Notes: generated by a model not told the origin, from the sequence alone. A DNA stretch of 64,000 bases from Minisyncoccota bacterium (GCA_963668425.1 OY764332.1:359504-423503), one strand, 5' to 3'. Positions 36,464 through 47,380 are shown, counted from the stretch's first letter. Made by a program: numbers and translations.

Positions 36464-37915
36464 ATGCTTGTGGTTTATACTGTTTTCAAGATGTCTACTC
36501 CTAATTTCAAGCCGAATACACTCTTCACGAGAGATAATTTGTATATTTTGCGTGGCATGAACAGTGAGTGTGTTGACTTGATATATCTTGATCCGCCATT
36601 TAATTCAAAAAAAAACTATGTTGCACCTTTGCCTGTGAAGGATGAAGAAATACTTGCCTCATTCAAGGATGTATGGAAACTCATTGATATTGATGAAGCG
36701 TTGCATGAGGAATTGCAGGAGACTCAGCCATGTTTGTATGAGATTATTAAGGGTGTTGAAGCAGCACACTCCAAGGCGATGTTTTCATACTTGATATACA
36801 TGACCATGCGACTGGTTGAAATGCATCGTGTGCTAAAACCAACAGGAAGTATATTTCTGCACTGCGATCCAACGGCAAGCCACTACTTAAAAATAGTGAT
36901 GGATTGTATTTTTGGAAAGAGTAATTTTAGAAATGAGATTATTTGGTGTTACGGTGAAACGGCCAGAGGTGCAAAGGCAAAAGCCAGTCAGTTTGCACGA
37001 AATAATGATGTGATACTTTTTTACGGAAAAACAAGTCAACATCTCTTTAACAAAACATATTTTGAAAGGAAAATAAAGTTTGAGGGGTCAGGGTATCAGC
37101 GGGAGGATGATGGACGATGCTTTAGAACAGCACCACGAGGCGATTATACAGATGACAGTATTGAAAGGTTAAGAAGGGAAGGTAGGATTTATGAGACAAG
37201 AAACGGGACTATACGCATTAAATATCATGAAAAATGTGATGAAACCTTTGTGTATGAAAAAAAACTTTTTGGTAATGTTTGGTCAGATATACCTGATATG
37301 ATGCACGCAGAAGAGATAGAAAAAACCGGCTATTCAACTCAAAAGCCGTTAAAACTATTACAGCGAATCATCAATACAGGTAGCAAAAAAGGTGGTTGGG
37401 TACTTGACCCATTCTGTGGATGTGCAACTACCATGGTTGCCGCAGAAAAACTGGGGAGGAAGTGGGTTGGCATTGATGCCTCTCATTTTGCAAAATTTTT
37501 TGTTAAAAGCAGAATGGAAAAAGAATTGGAGAAAAAAATTCCTTTTATTTTTCTCAAGGATATATCTGGTAGGCAGTTCAGTGATGAAAAAGAATTGAGT
37601 GATTGGGAAAATAAGAAAAGGATGTATGAAGAGCAGGAAGGTGTATGCAATGGATGCGTTGGTCATTATCATGAAAAAGATATGACTATTGACCATATCA
37701 TACCAACATCAAAGGGCGGTCAAGACACACAAGATAACAAGCAATTACTTTGTTTTCACTGTAACACGACAAAGGGGACAGGAACAATGCCAACGCTATG
37801 GCAAAAACTTGCAAAAGGGCATGTATTGGAGTATCACGAAGCGGATAAACTCATACAAGAGCACAAAGACAGAAAAAAGAAACTTGAAAAAGAGTATGGA
37901 ACTAAAACACTATGA
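36464..37915 (+). CDS. DNA methyltransferase (beta-class N6-adenine/N4-cytosine type, motif IV before motif I) fused to a C-terminal HNH endonuclease domain.
   Basis: 'DLIYLDPPFNSKKNY' (DPPF catalytic motif) near the N-terminus and 'VLDPFCGCATTMVAAEKLGRKWVGID' (SAM-binding motif I) near residue 315. C-terminal 'CNGCVGHYHEKDMTIDHIIPTSKGGQDTQDNKQLLCFHCNTTKG' is a Zn-finger HNH motif. Confidence 0.8.
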   Translation: MLVVYTVFKMSTPNFKPNTLFTRDNLYILRGMNSECVDLIYLDPPFNSKKNYVAPLPVKDEEILASFKDVWKLIDIDEALHEELQETQPCLYEIIKGVEAAHSKAMFSYLIYMTMRLVEMHRVLKPTGSIFLHCDPTASHYLKIVMDCIFGKSNFRNEIIWCYGETARGAKAKASQFARNNDVILFYGKTSQHLFNKTYFERKIKFEGSGYQREDDGRCFRTAPRGDYTDDSIERLRREGRIYETRNGTIRIKYHEKCDETFVYEKKLFGNVWSDIPDMMHAEEIEKTGYSTQKPLKLLQRIINTGSKKGGWVLDPFCGCATTMVAAEKLGRKWVGIDASHFAKFFVKSRMEKELEKKIPFIFLKDISGRQFSDEKELSDWENKKRMYEEQEGVCNGCVGHYHEKDMTIDHIIPTSKGGQDTQDNKQLLCFHCNTTKGTGTMPTLWQKLAKGHVLEYHEADKLIQEHKDRKKKLEKEYGTKTL

Positions 37916-38063
37916 GCAAAAAAGCATTTCTAAAACTTTTGAACAAAACCCTTACACCCGTGAAAGCAAAACCTGAAACAAAGGAACAGAGGAAAGACGG
38001 TGGTTGTAATGTGTTTTTGCACAAGATGTGGACATCTGTGTAAGTGTGTTATACTTTTGGTAT

Positions 38064-39215
38064 ATGGAAGTAGGAAAAAAGGTTGGGGCAATTTTTATTA
38101 TTTTAATTGTATTAGCGGTGGGGTATTATGTGACGCAGGGTGGTGTTGGAGGTGATGGATCTGATAAGGTTCTTACCATCGGTTTTGTCGGTCCTTTGAC
38201 GGGAGATGCGGTGAGCTATGGTGAGCCAATTAGCAATGCTGTTCGTATGGCGGTGGATGACATTAATCAATCTGGTGGTGTGAATGGTATGATGCTTGAG
38301 GTTATTTATGAGGATGGTCGGTGTTCTAATGAGGATGCATTGAACGCAGCACAGAAGTTGGTGAATGTTGACCGAGTCAAGATGATTGTTGGTGGTGTCT
38401 GTAGTGGGGAGGCATTGGCTATGTTGCCGATTACTGAAGTAGCGGGTGTGATTATTGTCTCACCGTCTGCGTCAAGTCCTGATCTGACAGGGATTGGGCA
38501 GTACTTTTTCCGAAACGCTCCCTCTGATGATGCAGGTGGTAGAAAACTGGCAGAGATTGTAATGACATCCTATAAAAAAGTTGCGCTTATTTCTGAGGAG
38601 ACCGATTACGCGCAGGGTTTTGCGCGGGTGTTTAAGGAGAATGTGTTGCTTGCGGAAGGTGAGATCGTTGCGGATGAGAACTTTACCCCTGAGACCAGTG
38701 ACTTTAGGAGTATATTGACTAAAATAAAGGCAGCTGAGCCGGAGGCAATTTTTGTTAATCCGCAAACGGAGATTGCAGGTGGCACTGTTATCAAGCAGGC
38801 AAGAGAATTGGGTATCACGGTACCTCTGTTTGGTTCAAATGTGACCGGTGGTACGGCGTCAATAGAGATTGCCGGAGATCATATAGAAGGACTTGTGTTT
38901 GTTGATGCGCCAGGACTGAGCCCAGCTAATCCAAAAGCGGTTGCGTTTCTTGACCGGTATCGTGCGCGTTATGGAGAGCCGAGTATAGAATTTTACACCG
39001 GAGCCGCGTATGATGCTGTGCATATTCTTGCGTTGGCAGTAGAGATGGTTGGATCTGTGGAGGATATTGAGCCGGTGCGTAACTACCTTAGTACGATGGG
39101 TAATTTTGACGGTGTTGTTGGTAGTTACCGATTCCGACCCGATGGTGATCCTGAAGGCATTGGATTTATCACGAAGCAAATTGAAGGAGGGGAAATTGTA
39201 GTGACAGAGCAGTAG
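38064..39215 (+). CDS. Periplasmic binding protein type 1 (LivJ/LivK-like branched-chain amino acid/amide ABC substrate-binding protein), membrane/signal anchored.
   Basis: 'LTIGFVGPLTGDAVSYGEPISNAVRMAVDDINQSGGVNGMMLEVIYEDGRCSNEDALNAAQKLVNVDRVKMIVGGVCSGEA' is the typical Leu/Ile/Val-binding family N-terminal lobe. Confidence 0.7.
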   Translation: MEVGKKVGAIFIILIVLAVGYYVTQGGVGGDGSDKVLTIGFVGPLTGDAVSYGEPISNAVRMAVDDINQSGGVNGMMLEVIYEDGRCSNEDALNAAQKLVNVDRVKMIVGGVCSGEALAMLPITEVAGVIIVSPSASSPDLTGIGQYFFRNAPSDDAGGRKLAEIVMTSYKKVALISEETDYAQGFARVFKENVLLAEGEIVADENFTPETSDFRSILTKIKAAEPEAIFVNPQTEIAGGTVIKQARELGITVPLFGSNVTGGTASIEIAGDHIEGLVFVDAPGLSPANPKAVAFLDRYRARYGEPSIEFYTGAAYDAVHILALAVEMVGSVEDIEPVRNYLSTMGNFDGVVGSYRFRPDGDPEGIGFITKQIEGGEIVVTEQ

Positions 39216-39240
39216 AGCTTTGTCTTCTGTAGCAGTAAGA

Positions 39241-39272
39241 AAGCCGCCAAATGCATGTTTGGCGGTTTTTGT
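39241..39272 (+). terminator. Rho-independent terminator (GCCGCCAAA-TGCATG-TTTGGCGG + TTTTT) after the binding-protein gene.
   Basis: Perfect 8-9-bp stem followed by a T-run, and preceded by an A-run, so it may be bidirectional. Confidence 0.65.
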
Positions 39273-39326
39273 GTGTAGCAGTAGCATACTTTTTGGTGTT
39301 TTGTGTGCTGTATACTATCTTTATGT

Positions 39327-42044
39327 ATGGTTGCCGCTCCAAAGAAGAAAAAAACGCTCAACAGTAGAGTTGGTAAGCGTGTTGGTGTAGCAAAGAAGGG
39401 TATTGGGGTAGCGAAAAAGAAGGTCTCATCAACAAAATCTGTTACTAAGACATTGGTTGGTGGTGACAGTGGTTGGATACGGGTACATGGCGCGTCCACG
39501 CATAATTTGAAGCATATTGATGTTGCTATACCTCGGAACAAGATGACCGTGTGTACCGGTTTGTCGGGGTCTGGGAAGTCATCGTTGGCGTTTGATACTA
39601 TTTTTGCGGAGGGGCAGCGGCGGTATGTGGAGTCGTTGTCGGCGTATGCACGGCAGTTTTTGCGACAGATGCAGAAGCCGGAGGTGCGGGAAATCACCGG
39701 ATTGTCGCCTGCTATTTCTATTGATCAAAAAAGTCGTTCTAATAATCCGCGATCTACTGTTGCTACTATTACTGAGACCTATGATTATTTGCGAGTGCTG
39801 TTTTCTCGGGTTGGTGTCCCTTACTGTCCGACATGTGATACGATAATTGAGCGTGTGTCTAAAGATGAAATTGTCAAGCGGTTGGAGAAAAAGATACAGC
39901 AGGAGAAGTGGTTTGAAAAGAATACGAAGGTGGTCGGTGTTTCCTATAATGATCGGGCTATTGCAGTGTTTGCTCCGGTGGTGGTCGGGCGGAAAGGTGA
40001 GTATTACCAACTGTTGTATGATATGTTGCGGAAAGGGTATGAGATGGCACGGATTGATGGCAAAGAGTATAGTTTGCGGAACCGTATCACGCTTTCTAAG
40101 AATAAAAAGCATGACATTGATATTTTTGTTGATTCGTTGTACTTGAGTGATTATGCTAAGGATCCGAAGGTGTTTCGTGAGCGGCTTTCTGATGCGGTTG
40201 AGCGGTCGCTGCACGAGGCGGATGGATTGGTTCGATTTCAGTACCCGGATACCTCTGATGTGTTGGTGTCGTCACGTTTTTTGTGTCCGAAGTGTGGTTT
40301 TTCATTTCCTGAAATTGAGCCACGACTATTTTCTTTTAACTCGCCGTATGGGGCGTGTACTGCCTGTAATGGCTTGGGGCAGATTGATATGATTGATGAT
40401 TCTGAGTGCTCTGAGTGTGAAGGTGCGCGACTGCGTCCTGAAGCACTACATGTTTTTTTACTGAATAAAGATGGTGAGCGTTTTGCTATTAATACTCTTA
40501 TCGGCATGACCATTACTGACGCGATGGCGTTTTTTGAAAATTTGCAGGTTTCAAAACAGCAGCAGGAGATTGTTGAGCCGTTGCTTAATGAGATTGTCGG
40601 ACGGATTTCTTTTTTGTCGGATGTTGGTCTTGCGTATATGGCGCTTAATCGACGGGCGAATACCTTGTCTGGCGGAGAGGCACAGCGGATACGGCTTGCA
40701 TCTCAACTTGGTTCTGGGTTGGTTGGTGCGTTGTATGTGTTGGATGAGCCGACTATTGGCTTGCATCAGCGGGACAATGATAGATTGATACAGACGCTTA
40801 CACGTCTGCGGGACTTGGGGAACACGATTATTGTGGTTGAGCATGATGAGGATACTATTTTTGCTTCTGATTACCTTGTTGACATTGGTCCGGGGGCGGG
40901 AAAGCACGGTGGGGAGGTTGTGGTTTCAGGATTCCTTGATTCACTGTTGTCAGCGAAGCGGAATGTGTCCGGGTCGGTAACGTTGTCGTATTTGCGAGGG
41001 GATCGGCGGATTGAGGTACCGGATAGGAGGCGGAATACGCAGGTAGGGCGATTAGTGCTTGCCGGTGCATCAGCAAATAATATTAAAAATATGCACGTTG
41101 AGATTCCGCTCGGACGAATGACATCTATTACAGGAGTTTCCGGGTCGGGTAAGTCAACATTGTTGTATGATTTGGTGTATAAGAATTTGCGACATAAATT
41201 AGACAGGCGGCTGACTGTTGCGAAGGCGTTTAATGCAAAGCAGTTTACTGGGTATGAGTTTTTACATCGAGTGGTGTTGGTTGATCAATCGCCGATTGGT
41301 CGGACACCGCGATCCACGCCGGTTACCTATGTTGGGGCGTTCACCCATATTCGTGACTTGTTTGCCTATACTGAGGAAGCGCGATATCGTGGTTGGAAGC
41401 CGGGACGATTTTCGTTTAATGTTTTTGGTGGGCGATGTGAGAAGTGTCAAGGGAATGGATCGGTTGCGGTTGAGATGCACTTTTTGCCAACAGTGTATGT
41501 TACTTGTGATATGTGTTTTGGGAGGCGGTATAGTAAGGAAGTATTGGATATTTTGTATCGTGATAAAAGTATTTATGATGTTTTGTCTATGTCGGTTGAG
41601 GAGTCCGTGAAGTTTTTTCAGGATATACCGGCGGTTCATGATCGACTACGATCCCTGCAAGATGTTGGGCTTGGGTATTTGGAGCTTGGGCAGCCGTCCA
41701 CTACTCTTTCTGGCGGTGAGGCACAGCGGGTGAAGATTGCGTCTGAATTGTACCGACCGAATACCCACAAGACAATATACTTATTGGATGAGCCGACGGT
41801 TGGGCTGCATTATGAGGATGTGGCGCGGTTGATAGAGATACTGAATCAGTTAGTTGATCGTGGTAATACAGTGCTTCTTATTGAGCATAATCTTGATGTG
41901 ATAAAATGCTCTGACTATATCATTGATATTGGTCCCGAGGGAGGGTTGCAGGGTGGTAGTATTGTGGCAAAGGGCACACCTGAGCAAGTGGCAAATGTGA
42001 AGGAGAGTTATACGGGACAGTACTTAAAGAAAGCACTTGGTTAG
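39327..42044 (+). CDS. uvrA: Excinuclease ABC subunit A with a Lys-rich N-terminal extension.
   Basis: '[24 protein letters not shown]', '[30 protein letters not shown]', zinc-finger CxxC pairs, and two ABC signature/Walker sets (LSGGEAQR x2). Confidence 0.9.
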   Translation: MVAAPKKKKTLNSRVGKRVGVAKKGIGVAKKKVSSTKSVTKTLVGGDSGWIRVHGASTHNLKHIDVAIPRNKMTVCTGLSGSGKSSLAFDTIFAEGQRRYVESLSAYARQFLRQMQKPEVREITGLSPAISIDQKSRSNNPRSTVATITETYDYLRVLFSRVGVPYCPTCDTIIERVSKDEIVKRLEKKIQQEKWFEKNTKVVGVSYNDRAIAVFAPVVVGRKGEYYQLLYDMLRKGYEMARIDGKEYSLRNRITLSKNKKHDIDIFVDSLYLSDYAKDPKVFRERLSDAVERSLHEADGLVRFQYPDTSDVLVSSRFLCPKCGFSFPEIEPRLFSFNSPYGACTACNGLGQIDMIDDSECSECEGARLRPEALHVFLLNKDGERFAINTLIGMTITDAMAFFENLQVSKQQQEIVEPLLNEIVGRISFLSDVGLAYMALNRRANTLSGGEAQRIRLASQLGSGLVGALYVLDEPTIGLHQRDNDRLIQTLTRLRDLGNTIIVVEHDEDTIFASDYLVDIGPGAGKHGGEVVVSGFLDSLLSAKRNVSGSVTLSYLRGDRRIEVPDRRRNTQVGRLVLAGASANNIKNMHVEIPLGRMTSITGVSGSGKSTLLYDLVYKNLRHKLDRRLTVAKAFNAKQFTGYEFLHRVVLVDQSPIGRTPRSTPVTYVGAFTHIRDLFAYTEEARYRGWKPGRFSFNVFGGRCEKCQGNGSVAVEMHFLPTVYVTCDMCFGRRYSKEVLDILYRDKSIYDVLSMSVEESVKFFQDIPAVHDRLRSLQDVGLGYLELGQPSTTLSGGEAQRVKIASELYRPNTHKTIYLLDEPTVGLHYEDVARLIEILNQLVDRGNTVLLIEHNLDVIKCSDYIIDIGPEGGLQGGSIVAKGTPEQVANVKESYTGQYLKKALG

Positions 42045-42378
42045 ATGGATGAGAGGGTTTGTGTGAGTTGCGTATTGGTTTTCTATCACCGTCTGCGGTG
42101 TTGCCAGATAGATTATTGAGTTGTTTTATGGTTACAGATATCATTTTCTATCTGTGATGGTGTGCTGTGTGTTGTTGTTGTTTGCCTATTTTGTTCTTGA
42201 CGATGATTTATAAACAGGTTAGTATATATATGTCGTGTGAACGACAGTAGTGCATGTGGCTCTTTTTTGCACAGCGCCCTTTTTGGTGTATCGGTATTTG
42301 GGCGTTGAGGTGGTTGTGGCGGAAGGCGAAAAATCCTTGATTGCAATAATTTTATTCATATACAGAAAAAGAAATACT

Positions 42379-43569
42379 ATGGCAGAAATGTTTGACAGAA
42401 GTAAACCACATGTTAATGTGGGAACAATCGGTCATGTTGACCACGGTAAAACGACACTCACTGCGGCTATTTTGAATGTTTTGGATAACGCAGAGGAGTA
42501 TAGTGCTCGAGTGAAAAATGTTGAAGGTATTGATAATGCGCCTGAAGAGAAGGCGCGTGGTATCACTATCGCGCTTTCGCATAATGAGTACGAGACACCG
42601 AAGCGACACTATGCGCACGTGGATGCTCCTGGGCATGCTGATTATATTAAAAATATGATTACTGGTGCGGCACAGATGGATGGTGCTGTTATTGTTGTTG
42701 CGGCGACGGATGGTGCTATGCCGCAGACAAAAGAGCACATCTTGCTTGCTCGGCAGGTAGGTGTACCGAATTTGATTGTATTTATTAATAAGTGCGATAT
42801 GGTTGATGATGAGGAGATTATTGAGTTGGTTGAGGCGGAGATGCGGGAATTGTTAACCAAGTATGAATTTGATGGGGAGAAAACTCCAGTGATTCGCGGT
42901 TCTGCGTTGAAAGCTCTTGAAGATCCGAGTGGTGAGTGGGGGCAAAAGGTGTTAGAGCTTGTGAATACTATGGATGAGTACTTTCCGGAGCCGAAGCGGG
43001 AAATGGATAAGCCATTTCTTATGCCGATTGAAGACATCTTTTCTATTGAGGGTCGTGGTTCTGTGGTAACTGGTAAGATTGAGCGTGGTGTGGTGAAGGT
43101 AGGAGAAGAAATTGAAATTGTCGGTATCAAGGAAACTGAGAAAACGATCGTTACTGGTGTTGAGATGTTTAATAAACAGTTGGAGGAAGGGCAGGCAGGA
43201 GATAATGCCGGCATTCTTCTCCGTGGTGTGAAGAAGGAAGATATTCATCGTGGGCAGGTTCTTGCAAAGACGGGATCTGTAACGCCACATAAGGAGTTTG
43301 AAGCGGAGATTTATATCCTCTCAAAAGATGAGGGTGGAAGACATACGCCTGTCTTGAATGGTTATAAGCCACAGTTCTATATCAGGACGACTGATGTGAC
43401 TGGTGAATTGAAATTGTCGGAAGGTACTGAGATGGCGATGCCTGGAGATACGATTAAAACAACTATTTCTCTAATCAACGCGGTTGCTTTGGAGGAACAA
43501 CAGCGATTTGCTATTCGTGAAGGTGGGAGAACAGTTGGTGCGGGAGTGGTAACAAAGATACTATCCTAA
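42379..43569 (+). CDS. tuf: Elongation factor Tu.
   Basis: '[31 protein letters not shown]', 'DAPGHADY', 'NKCD'. 396 aa. Confidence 0.95.
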   Translation: MAEMFDRSKPHVNVGTIGHVDHGKTTLTAAILNVLDNAEEYSARVKNVEGIDNAPEEKARGITIALSHNEYETPKRHYAHVDAPGHADYIKNMITGAAQMDGAVIVVAATDGAMPQTKEHILLARQVGVPNLIVFINKCDMVDDEEIIELVEAEMRELLTKYEFDGEKTPVIRGSALKALEDPSGEWGQKVLELVNTMDEYFPEPKREMDKPFLMPIEDIFSIEGRGSVVTGKIERGVVKVGEEIEIVGIKETEKTIVTGVEMFNKQLEEGQAGDNAGILLRGVKKEDIHRGQVLAKTGSVTPHKEFEAEIYILSKDEGGRHTPVLNGYKPQFYIRTTDVTGELKLSEGTEMAMPGDTIKTTISLINAVALEEQQRFAIREGGRTVGAGVVTKILS

Positions 43570-43608
43570 TACCCTGTCCTTTTATTATTAACATAGGATT
43601 ACTATAGT

Positions 43609-43953
43609 ATGGCGAATACTAAAAAGCCCGCAAAAGGGTCACATATCAACAAGTTACGCATTCGTGTACAGGCGTATGAACCGAGAATATTGGACTCTTC
43701 TGTGAAGCAGATTATAGAAACAGCGACACGGCTTGAGACAGAGATTGCTGGCCCTATTCCACTTCCGACTAAGATCAAGAAACATTCAGTTAATCGTGCT
43801 TCATTCATCTTCAAATCCTCTCAGGAGCAGTTTGAGATGCGTACACACACTCGCCTCATTGATATTAAGCATCCATCACCGCAGGTGATAGAGGCACTCA
43901 GCAATCTTTCGTTGCCGGCTGGGGTGTCTATTGAGGCACGAATGCTTTCATAA
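43609..43953 (+). CDS. rpsJ: 30S ribosomal protein S10.
   Basis: 'RIRVQAYEPRILDSSVKQIIETATRLETEIAGPIPLPT...EMRTHTRLIDI' is canonical S10. First gene of the S10 operon after tuf. Confidence 0.85.
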   Translation: MANTKKPAKGSHINKLRIRVQAYEPRILDSSVKQIIETATRLETEIAGPIPLPTKIKKHSVNRASFIFKSSQEQFEMRTHTRLIDIKHPSPQVIEALSNLSLPAGVSIEARMLS

Positions 43954-43962
43954 GCAATCAAT

Positions 43963-44526
43963 ATGAAATTCGTATTAGGTAGAAAATTACAAATGACACA
44001 GCTGTTTGATGAGAACGGTGTTGTGCGACCAGTGACTGTTGTTGCACTTGAGCCGTTGGAGGTTTCGTTATGTCGCACTGACGAGCGAGATGGTTATGAG
44101 GCGGTGCAGGTTCAGTATGGCGATGGCAAGAGAAAGCAGCAGAGAAAAGAATTCAGAGGTGATACTTCGTCGTATAAGGTTGGAGAATCTATACATAGTG
44201 TTGAGGTTTTCAGCCCCGGGGATGTGGTGCGAGTGAGTGCTCAATCAAAAGGGAAAGGATTTCAAGGAGTTGTGAAACGTTACGGATTTGCTGGTGGACC
44301 GAGAACACACGGACAGAAGCATAATGAGCGGCAACCTGGCTCTATTGGATCTGGGTTGCGAAACCGTGTCCCAAAGGGGACTAAGATGGGTGGGAGAATG
44401 GGTGGTGATCGAGTAACTGCTCGCGGAACGCAGGTGATTTCTATTGATAAGGAGCGTGGATTGTTGCTATTGCAAGGTTCTATTCCTGGTAGGCGAGGTA
44501 CTCTTGTTGAAATTCAAGGCGTATGA
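43963..44526 (+). CDS. rplC: 50S ribosomal protein L3.
   Basis: 'GRKLQMTQLFDENGVVRPVTVV...GKGFQGVVKRYGFAGGPRTHGQ' matches L3. Confidence 0.85.
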   Translation: MKFVLGRKLQMTQLFDENGVVRPVTVVALEPLEVSLCRTDERDGYEAVQVQYGDGKRKQQRKEFRGDTSSYKVGESIHSVEVFSPGDVVRVSAQSKGKGFQGVVKRYGFAGGPRTHGQKHNERQPGSIGSGLRNRVPKGTKMGGRMGGDRVTARGTQVISIDKERGLLLLQGSIPGRRGTLVEIQGV

Positions 44527-45224
44527 TAGAGGTACCAATCTACAAACAGGACGGTAGTAAAAAGGGAGTAGCCCAACTTCCTGAACACTTGTTTACCCTT
44601 CCATGGGTAGATGCACTGGTGCATCAGGTGGTAGTTGGTATTGCGAGTAATCAGCGATCTGCTACCGCACACACGAAAGGTCGTTCTGAGGTTCGAGGTG
44701 GTGGGCGGAAGCCATGGCGACAGAAGGGGACTGATCGAGCGCGGCATGGGTCTATTCGGTCTCCACTATGGGTTGGAGGCGGTGTTACTTTTGGCCCGAA
44801 TAAGGAGAAGAAATACGCAAAGTCAATTAATAAAAAAATGCGAGCACAAGCATTTTTTATTGTACTGTCTCAAAAGATGCGCAATGGTGTACTTGCATTT
44901 GTTGATGACTTTGCTATGGAGATGCCGTCAACAAAAACCGCGGTGACTTGTATTGAAAAGATATGTGGTGAGCCGGTAGAGAAGAGAAAGAATATTTGTA
45001 CTGTGGTGTTCTCGGAACGTGATGCGGTGTTGCGAAAGAGTTTCGCTAATATACAGGGTGTAAACACTGTTGCATTAGAGGCGTTTAATGTTAAAGATGC
45101 GTTACGTGCGCGGAAAATTCTTTTTTTGGATTCAGAGAAGTCCATTGATTATCTGAAAAATCGTGGTGGAAGTATGCAGCAGCAAGTGGATGGACATAAC
45201 ACAAAACATAATACAGACGTATGA
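44523..45224 (+). CDS. rplD: 50S ribosomal protein L4.
   Basis: Operon position, ATGA overlap with rplC, and 'SNQRSATAHTKGRSEVRGGGRKPWRQKGTDRARHGSIRSPLWVGGGVTFGP'. Confidence 0.85.
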   Translation: MIEVPIYKQDGSKKGVAQLPEHLFTLPWVDALVHQVVVGIASNQRSATAHTKGRSEVRGGGRKPWRQKGTDRARHGSIRSPLWVGGGVTFGPNKEKKYAKSINKKMRAQAFFIVLSQKMRNGVLAFVDDFAMEMPSTKTAVTCIEKICGEPVEKRKNICTVVFSERDAVLRKSFANIQGVNTVALEAFNVKDALRARKILFLDSEKSIDYLKNRGGSMQQQVDGHNTKHNTDV

Positions 45225-45769
45225 TTTTTGATCGACTATTTAAGAGAAAAAAGGATTCGGTATCGGATCAGCAAGCCACACAGGATGATGATGTGCAGGC
45301 AACTGCATTGCATGAGGAGTATGGTGGCGATGTGTCTCCATTGACTGAACAGTTCACAAAGAAAACGAAGCAGGATAAAAAGAACACTGCGTTAGACAGA
45401 AAGCGAAAGAGACGGTCAAATAGGGTGGTGCACACAAAGCGATCATTTCATCGTGGAGAGCGGCATGAAGCGGGGCGTGTGAATGTGTATGATGTTATTG
45501 AGCGACCAGTCATCACTGAAAAAGCAGCGAATCAGTCCGAGGGCGGGGTGTATACTTTTCTTGTGCGCGGAAGTGCGAATAAGTATGCTATTGCGGATGC
45601 TATTGAGGTGCTGTACGGTGTGCGACCAAAGAAGGTTCGGATTGCAAAACGTCCTTCAAAAAGAAAGCGTATTCGTATTTCTGGAAAGGAGCGTGAATAT
45701 GGTATGACAACACAGAAGAAGAAGGCGTACGTGTTTCTGCGTGAAGGTGATACTATCAAGTTAACATAG
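45221..45769 (+). CDS. rplW: 50S ribosomal protein L23 with a ~90-aa basic N-terminal extension.
   Basis: The C-terminal 90 aa 'VYDVIERPVITEKAANQSEGGVYTFLVRGSANKYAIADAIEVLYGVRPKKV' is L23. ATGA overlap with rplD. No internal ATG to shorten it. Confidence 0.75.
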   Translation: MIFDRLFKRKKDSVSDQQATQDDDVQATALHEEYGGDVSPLTEQFTKKTKQDKKNTALDRKRKRRSNRVVHTKRSFHRGERHEAGRVNVYDVIERPVITEKAANQSEGGVYTFLVRGSANKYAIADAIEVLYGVRPKKVRIAKRPSKRKRIRISGKEREYGMTTQKKKAYVFLREGDTIKLT

Positions 45770-45774
45770 TGTGT

Positions 45775-46632
45775 ATGACAGCCAAGATAAAAAAATATAA
45801 ACCAAAGACACCCGGGCTTCGTGGTACTGTGTTGCCGTTGTATAGAAATCTGTTGTCGCAGGGGAATTTGCCGCATAGAAGTTTGACTAAAGGAATGAAT
45901 AGAAGTGTTGGTAGGAATAATGCTGGGCGAATTACCACTCGACACAAGGGTGGTGGACATAAGCGACTGCACCGTGCTATTGATTTTTTACAGGATAAAT
46001 TTGATGTTCCTGCGAAGGTTGAGTCAGTGGAATATGATCCAAACCGCTCATCGTTTATTTCACTTATTTGTTATACGGATGGTGAGCGACGATATGTCCT
46101 GACCCCTGATGGTGTTTCAGTTGGTGATACTTTAACTGTTGCGGAAAAGGCGCCGCTGAGACCGGGGAATAGGATGATGTTGTACAATATCCCAGTTGGC
46201 AGTGCGATTTATAATATTGAGATGAAGGTTCGTGGTGGCGCAAAGATTGCTCGATCAGCAGGGAATGCAGCAACATTACTTGGGTATGATGCTTCGTTTG
46301 CACATATTCGGATGCCGTCTCAAGAGGTGCGAAAGGTACCGGCACAATGTTTTGCGTCAATCGGTGCTGTTAGTAACAAAGGACATCGTTTGCGGGTGGT
46401 TGGGAAAGCAGGCAGGAGTCGTTGGATGGGGAAGCGTCCGACTGTTCGTGGAAGTGCAATGAATGCCGTTGATCATCCGCATGGAGGTGGTGAAGGGAAG
46501 CAGGGGCGTGGGCGGCGGCGGGCGGTGACGAAGTGGGGTAAACCGTCTGGAAAAGGGCAGAAAACAAGGAAACCGAAGCGATATTCAAATCCGCATATTG
46601 TGCGACGACGGCAGGTAACGAAGAGGAAGTAG
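45775..46632 (+). CDS. rplB: 50S ribosomal protein L2.
   Basis: 'MTAKIKKYKPKTPGLRG...' N-terminus, plus 'GGGHKRLHR', 'VDHPHGGGEGK'. Confidence 0.9.
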   Translation: MTAKIKKYKPKTPGLRGTVLPLYRNLLSQGNLPHRSLTKGMNRSVGRNNAGRITTRHKGGGHKRLHRAIDFLQDKFDVPAKVESVEYDPNRSSFISLICYTDGERRYVLTPDGVSVGDTLTVAEKAPLRPGNRMMLYNIPVGSAIYNIEMKVRGGAKIARSAGNAATLLGYDASFAHIRMPSQEVRKVPAQCFASIGAVSNKGHRLRVVGKAGRSRWMGKRPTVRGSAMNAVDHPHGGGEGKQGRGRRRAVTKWGKPSGKGQKTRKPKRYSNPHIVRRRQVTKRK

Positions 46633-46700
46633 ATAAGGTGTTTGACCAACGTGAGAAATATGAGTACCATATATAGTATTGTTATTATGTATACATATCT

Positions 46701-47036
46701 ATGACTAGATCAGTTAAGAAAGGTCCCTTTGTGGACGTAAAGTTATTGAAGAAAATACAGGGTAAAAAGCCGGAGGATGTCGGTGTTGTTCAAACGTGGG
46801 CTCGACAGAGTCAGATATCTCCTAAAATGATCGGGTTTACTTTTGGTGTACATAATGGGCGTGTGCATACTGATGTCTTTGTAACTGAGGAGATGGTTGG
46901 ACATCGTCTTGGTGAGTTTGCCTCATCAAAACGATTTGTTCGGCATGGTGGAAGAATACAGAAGGATGCAGATGACGCAAAGCGGGGTGCGGAGATACAG
47001 GCAGCAAAGGCAGCGCGTGCGGAGCCAGCCGCATAA
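46701..47036 (+). CDS. rpsS: 30S ribosomal protein S19 with a C-terminal basic/Ala-rich extension.
   Basis: '[20 protein letters not shown]...[24 protein letters not shown]' is canonical S19. Confidence 0.85.
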   Translation: MTRSVKKGPFVDVKLLKKIQGKKPEDVGVVQTWARQSQISPKMIGFTFGVHNGRVHTDVFVTEEMVGHRLGEFASSKRFVRHGGRIQKDADDAKRGAEIQAAKAARAEPAA

Positions 47037-47056
47037 TGTATATATGATATATTTTT

Positions 47057-47377
47057 ATGAAAGCAACACTTAAAAATTTTAAACAGTCGCCAAGAAAGGT
47101 GTCTCTTGTTGCGAGATCATTGCGTGGAAAGCAGGTGAAGCAGGCGTTGGAGACGTTGCGTTTGGTTAACAAGAAGTCCTCTGACCCGTTGCGTAAGCTT
47201 ATTCTTTCTGCGGTAAATAATGCAGGGGAGAGTGGTGTGGAAAATATAGATACTTTATTGATTAGAGAGGTTCGGGTTGATCAAGGTATGTTGTTGAAGC
47301 GATGGCGACCGAGAGCGTTTGGCAGAGCGACATTGATTAGGCGACGGTCCAGTACTATACACATAGAATTACAATAG
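47057..47377 (+). CDS. rplV: 50S ribosomal protein L22.
   Basis: 'ATLKNFKQSPRKVSLVARSLRGKQVKQALETL' plus the beta-hairpin region 'RWRPRAFGRATLIRRRSSTIHIEL'. Confidence 0.85.
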   Translation: MKATLKNFKQSPRKVSLVARSLRGKQVKQALETLRLVNKKSSDPLRKLILSAVNNAGESGVENIDTLLIREVRVDQGMLLKRWRPRAFGRATLIRRRSSTIHIELQ

Positions 47378-47380
47378 CAT

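Noticed and set aside
39579-40214. 211-aa minus-strand ORF inside uvrA, and similar antisense ORFs in tuf, polA and nrdA
   Set aside because: They are embedded in well-supported conserved genes on the other strand, with no independent signals.
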